A stretch of 64,000 nucleotides of DNA from Sulfurospirillaceae bacterium (GTDB lineage Bacteria > Campylobacterota > Campylobacteria > Campylobacterales > Sulfurospirillaceae), in assembly GCA_033723415.1 (NCBI GenBank), contig JAWVXD010000003.1:160001-224000 (forward strand). Reading direction: 5' to 3'. Each line of letters begins with the position of its first letter. The stretch's first letter is position 1. Shown here piece by piece: positions 59,561 through 64,000 of this stretch. A program made the position numbers and the translations under genes. The notes beneath the pieces were generated by a model that saw only the letters and a list, made by a program, of their open reading frames with translations, did no database searches and was not told the DNA's origin.

Positions 59561-60757
59561 ATGAAAGAATTAAACTTATACTGTACGGAGTGCAGTCACA
59601 AAGAGAGTATAAATAAAAATATTAGTAGGTGTCCAAAATGCGGTGAACCTATGGAAGTGGAATTGATCAAAAAAGGTAAGATCAACTACTCAAAAGATAA
59701 AGGACAAACAATCCTAGAGCGATATTCGGACTTTTTTCCTTATTTAGATATACACAGAGAGGATTCATTGGGGGAGGGATTTACGTCACTAGTAAATTTA
59801 AAAGAGTTAAGCAATGATTTAGGGCTCAAAGAATTGTATCTTAAAAATGAAAGTCAAAATCCGACCTGGTCTTTTAAGGACAGAGGTACGTTGCTTGGGG
59901 TCCTTCACGCAAAAAAACTTGGATATAAAAAAATAGGTACGGTATCTACCGGGAATATGGCTCCATCTGTAGCTGCCTATGCTGCTAAATTCAAACTCGA
60001 TAGCTACATCTTCGTAGATGATTTGATAGCAGAAGAAAAACTAGCACCTATACTTATATACAATCCTAGATTGTTTAGGGTGAAGGGAGATTACGGAAGT
60101 CTTTACTATAAAACTTTAGAATTAGGGAGAGCAAAGAATATATACTTTATAAACTCAGATGTGCCCCTCAGAGTGGAAGGTTCTAAAACGATAGCCTTTG
60201 AAATATGTGAGCAGCTTGCTTTTAATATGCCGGATTTCGTGGTTGTTCCTACAAGTGCAGGTGGAAACATCAGAGGTATAGAAAAAGGATTTAGAGAATT
60301 TAAAGAAGCCGGGATCATTGATAAAATTCCTAAAATCATCTGTGCTCAAAGTGCCGGATGCTCGCCGATAGATAAAGCTTACCGTGAAAATAAAGAAAAA
60401 ATAGAAAGATTTGAAAATCCTGCTACCATTGCTCATGCTATAGAAAATCCACTGCCTCCAAGCGGGAATCAAGTACTAAGGATGCTGAAGCGAAACGGAG
60501 GCTTTGCAGTATCTGTACATGATGATGAAATTTTAGAGGCTCAAAGAACTTTGGCTCAAAACGGATTGTTTTTGCAACCTGCATCCTGTGTTCCTCTGGC
60601 TGCTGTAATAAAACTAAGAAAAGAAGAAAAACTACAAAGAGATGTCAGCGTTGTTTTAATAGGCACAGGAGGCGGATTGAAATACACATCGGTGTTTGAA
60701 AAATATAATTTCAATTACTCTAAGATAGAATTAAAAGATATAGAAAATATAGAGTGA
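59561..60757 (+). CDS. thrC: Threonine synthase-like PLP enzyme
   Basis: Zn ribbon CxxC...CxxC, NPTWSFKDR, STGN, EGSKT. Confidence 0.8.
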   Translation: MKELNLYCTECSHKESINKNISRCPKCGEPMEVELIKKGKINYSKDKGQTILERYSDFFPYLDIHREDSLGEGFTSLVNLKELSNDLGLKELYLKNESQNPTWSFKDRGTLLGVLHAKKLGYKKIGTVSTGNMAPSVAAYAAKFKLDSYIFVDDLIAEEKLAPILIYNPRLFRVKGDYGSLYYKTLELGRAKNIYFINSDVPLRVEGSKTIAFEICEQLAFNMPDFVVVPTSAGGNIRGIEKGFREFKEAGIIDKIPKIICAQSAGCSPIDKAYRENKEKIERFENPATIAHAIENPLPPSGNQVLRMLKRNGGFAVSVHDDEILEAQRTLAQNGLFLQPASCVPLAAVIKLRKEEKLQRDVSVVLIGTGGGLKYTSVFEKYNFNYSKIELKDIENIE

Positions 60758-60805
60758 TCGATTAGTTATCCTATAAGGGAATAAAACAGTATCCAAAACT
60801 AAACT

Positions 60806-62767
60806 TTATATACCGGATTTTAGGCCGATTATCATAGTTTGTTTGTCCGGTAAGTGATATGTTGCTGTGATGTCTTGTGTATTTCGAGCCATGTACCCAA
60901 ACAGATGATCTCGCCAAGATGCCATGCCTTTTAGTTTACGTCCAGGTACGATTTGTACATGATCTATAATGTAGTGAATCTTACTAGTATCTATATCAAG
61001 GTCATGTTCTTTGATCTGAGCTAGTTCTGATGGTACATTGATACCTTGCATAAAACCATAATGTAAAATCACACGATAGAATCCAGCTCCCAAGTCTGTT
61101 ATTTCAATACGCTTATTTTGTGCAATTGTCGGTACTTCTTCAATCAATACGGTGGTTAACAATACTCGCTCATAAAGTACTCCTGTATGGTTTACCAGCT
61201 TTTGAAGTGTCGATGGTGTATAAATAAGTCGACCAGTGATAAATACTCCTGTTTCCGGTATTCTTGGCACGTCTTCTGCTATGATTTTGCCAATAAATGA
61301 TTCAATTGTAGTGGATACATTATTAAATTGTTCTATCAATAAAGTTGATCCTCTTCTCCAAGTTGTCATAAGCGCAAATAGCAGTAATGCAATCATAAGC
61401 GGTAACCAGCCACCATCTGGTATTTTCATGGCATTGGAGGCAAGAAAGGTTAAGTCGATGATGAGAAATCCGATTAGAAAAGTGAGTGATTTGGTTAGAT
61501 TCCAACCCCAGATTTTATGAGTTATTGTAAACATTAACACTGTGGTAATTGCCATGGTGGCATTTACGGCAACGCCATAAGCTGCCGCCAAATTTTCTGA
61601 GGTTTTAAAGATAAGCACCAATCCTATGACGGCAATCATCATAGCCCAGTTTATAGCAGGTAAGTAAACTTGTCCGTGTGCATAAGCGGAAGTTTGCCGA
61701 ACCTGAAGGGGAGGCATCCAATCAAGCTGAATGGCTTGACGTGTAAGCGAAAAAACCCCAGTGATGACGGCTTGAGAAGCAATGATCGTAGAAAATGTGG
61801 CGATGATGACTAAGGGAATTAATCCCCAAGATGGAACCAGATGGAAAAATGGATTGACAACACTTTTGGGTTCAATAAGCAATACTGCACCCTGACCAAA
61901 ATAGTTTAGCAATAAGGCTGGTAATACAAAAAAGAACCAAACAAAACGGATAGGTTTGAGACTAAAGTGACCCAAGTCGGCAAATAAAGCCTCTCCGCCC
62001 GTGGTGACAAGAAATACGGCGTACAGAACGAGGAAGCCGGTCAGGCCATTACGCTCAAAGAAGATGACCGCATGCCATGGATTGATGGCTGTTAAAACCA
62101 TCGGGTACTGCATGATGTTAACGATACCCAATAATGCTAGGATTAAAAACCATAATAACATCAATGGTCCAAATATGATACCCACTACAGAAGTGCCCCA
62201 TCGCTGGATTGCAAATAAGGCAAATAGAATACCTATGGTGATTGGAATGACGTAGCTTTTTAGCTCCGGACCTAAAACCTCTAAGCCCTGAACGGCACTT
62301 AATACGGAGATGGCGGGAGTGATTATGGCAGCGCCAAATAACATCGCCGCTCCTGCAAGACCAAGTAGAAGAAGAGCCATACGCCGTGGTTTGATCTCTC
62401 CTGATTTTGGACGCAACAGACCTAAGAGGGCAAAGGTTCCTCCTTCACCATGGTTATCTGCCCGTAAGACAAATGTCATGTATTTTAGTGAAATAACAAG
62501 AACCAATGTCCATAGTATGAGAGACAAAAGGCCCAAAACATTATCATGCGTGACAAGCAGCGGGTTTTTCCCGATAAAAGCTTGTTGCAAAGCATAAATT
62601 GGACTGGTTCCGATATCTCCATACACGATACCTAGCACAGAGAGTGCTATGATCGCAAAAGGTTTTTTAGAAGTTTCGGAAGCGGGTTCAGCGTTTTGAA
62701 AGTTTAACGCATCCTCTTGGGCATGAAGTTCTTTTTGATCTGGTGTCAAATCGGGCATGTTTTTCAT
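60806..62767 (-). CDS. kup: KUP/HAK/KT potassium transporter
   Basis: GIVYGDIGTSPIY, ADNHGEGG, GGEALFADLGHF, YGFM. Confidence 0.95.
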   Translation of the reverse strand: MKNMPDLTPDQKELHAQEDALNFQNAEPASETSKKPFAIIALSVLGIVYGDIGTSPIYALQQAFIGKNPLLVTHDNVLGLLSLILWTLVLVISLKYMTFVLRADNHGEGGTFALLGLLRPKSGEIKPRRMALLLLGLAGAAMLFGAAIITPAISVLSAVQGLEVLGPELKSYVIPITIGILFALFAIQRWGTSVVGIIFGPLMLLWFLILALLGIVNIMQYPMVLTAINPWHAVIFFERNGLTGFLVLYAVFLVTTGGEALFADLGHFSLKPIRFVWFFFVLPALLLNYFGQGAVLLIEPKSVVNPFFHLVPSWGLIPLVIIATFSTIIASQAVITGVFSLTRQAIQLDWMPPLQVRQTSAYAHGQVYLPAINWAMMIAVIGLVLIFKTSENLAAAYGVAVNATMAITTVLMFTITHKIWGWNLTKSLTFLIGFLIIDLTFLASNAMKIPDGGWLPLMIALLLFALMTTWRRGSTLLIEQFNNVSTTIESFIGKIIAEDVPRIPETGVFITGRLIYTPSTLQKLVNHTGVLYERVLLTTVLIEEVPTIAQNKRIEITDLGAGFYRVILHYGFMQGINVPSELAQIKEHDLDIDTSKIHYIIDHVQIVPGRKLKGMASWRDHLFGYMARNTQDITATYHLPDKQTMIIGLKSGI

Positions 62768-63366
62768 AGCCTCACATTCAGGTTTTTAGATAAATTTTTT
62801 ATCTCATTTTATAATTGGAGATTAAGAATGCACTTTTACATCAAAATCTTCAAGCATTAGTAAATCCTTTCAATTTTAACAATACTATCATAGCATCTAT
62901 TCCTTTAAATTCTGCAAATTTGGACTTAGTTATAGTGAAACTAAACCATAATTTTTTGGGTAAGTAAACCTTGTGATGATGGAACCTTTTGTGCCAAAAT
63001 CTTGTTCATTATCGGCAAAGACTATAAAACCATATCTAAAGAATAGTTGGTAATAATAATTAGATATACTATCCTTGAAATTCGTCACTTTAATGTTTCA
63101 CGACGTACAAAAAAACATGGCAATCTTGACTATTTATCTCCAAGAAGTTTTAAAAAAGATATAATATATAATCTTTTTCAAATTAGGATATTAGTGGGTT
63201 AGCAACGGTCTCATTTATAGAGGAAATCTAACGATTATCAATCCAATTTCTGCTATAAAATAGGCACTATCAGATATAAACAGATTAACAAACTAGAAGA
63301 GTTCATCAAAAACCACTCAACGGTTTTTTACTTGCTCATCTTAAATATAGGGGAGGTACATACTCC

Positions 63367-64000
63367 ATGATTGAAGAAATGAAAATCAATAATGACAATC
63401 CTGACTCGGACAACTTATCGGCTAATTATGAACCATTGAATGATACTGAGACTCCAGCTTCTTCAAAATGGACTCATTGGTTTAGTCATCTAATAGAATT
63501 ACACATCCTATTCCCGATTATATCTGTTCTTGTGCTGGCCGCTATTTGGTGGACGACACTGACCTTGATCAAAGTTGAACGAACTGCAGCAGAACGATCC
63601 GCTACGGGATTGAGCCATGAGTTGGCCCAGACTTATGAATCGCAGGTCGTGCGTGCACTGCGCGAAATTGACCAAACTCTAAAGATCGTCAAATATGCGA
63701 ATAATGTCTGGGGTGTAAAGAACGTTCTTCCAAACCTGAAAGACAGGGGTCTATTGCCCCCGACTTTGGTGTTCAAAATCAGTATCGCAAACAGTAAAGG
63801 TGATGTCGTGGCTAGCACTGGCCTCTTCAAAAATACCAATGTATTTGAGCGGGATTTTTTTCAGAGCCAGCTCAAAACTGATGCTATCTCTGTTGGCCGT
63901 CCGCAACTTGATCCAATCACAAAAAAGTGGAGCCTGACATTCAGCCGTAGGCTTGATCTTGTCAATGGAAAGTTTGCCGGTATTTCGATGGTTACAGTCG
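63367..64000 (+). CDS. Membrane sensor protein with Cache-like periplasmic domain (runs off window end)
   Basis: GGAGG RBS; TM segment then YESQVVRALREIDQTLK; output domain not visible. Confidence 0.7.
   Translation, partial: MIEEMKINNDNPDSDNLSANYEPLNDTETPASSKWTHWFSHLIELHILFPIISVLVLAAIWWTTLTLIKVERTAAERSATGLSHELAQTYESQVVRALREIDQTLKIVKYANNVWGVKNVLPNLKDRGLLPPTLVFKISIANSKGDVVASTGLFKNTNVFERDFFQSQLKTDAISVGRPQLDPITKKWSLTFSRRLDLVNGKFAGISMVTV

Overview
AT-rich bacterial chromosome; gene content and promoter style suggest Campylobacterota (inference). Bases 1-31.9 kb are housekeeping genes: yihY, glcD, M23 peptidase, mgtE, aguB/aguA, feoAB with a Fur box, a CDF transporter, two two-component systems next to acs and a TAXI-TRAP/lhgO locus, metE, and groES/EL with CIRCE and HAIR-like operators. 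A 25.5-kb element (31990-57567) is integrated into the 3' half of a tRNA(CAT) and bounded by a 48-bp direct repeat. It encodes a tyrosine integrase, a probable excisionase, an SF4-like helicase, a CI-like repressor, an HUH relaxase with RHH protein and oriT candidate, a split TrwB/TraD-like coupling protein, a Csu-type chaperone-usher pilus, unknown lipoproteins and secreted/outer-membrane proteins, a secreted nuclease and a type II R-M pair. I recognise no VirB4/T4SS genes and no phage structural genes in it. The most notable signals are an 8-copy co-oriented TTATGAATAT motif upstream of the transfer, pilus and envelope operons; ten copies of an asymmetric 16-19-bp repeat; a ~114-bp iteron-containing segment duplicated in inverted orientation; and an antisense-RNA-like leader. 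Right of attR lie transposase scraps and probably acquired genes (ggt, thrC-like, kup, a partial sensor protein). All calls come from reading the sequence; no searches were run.
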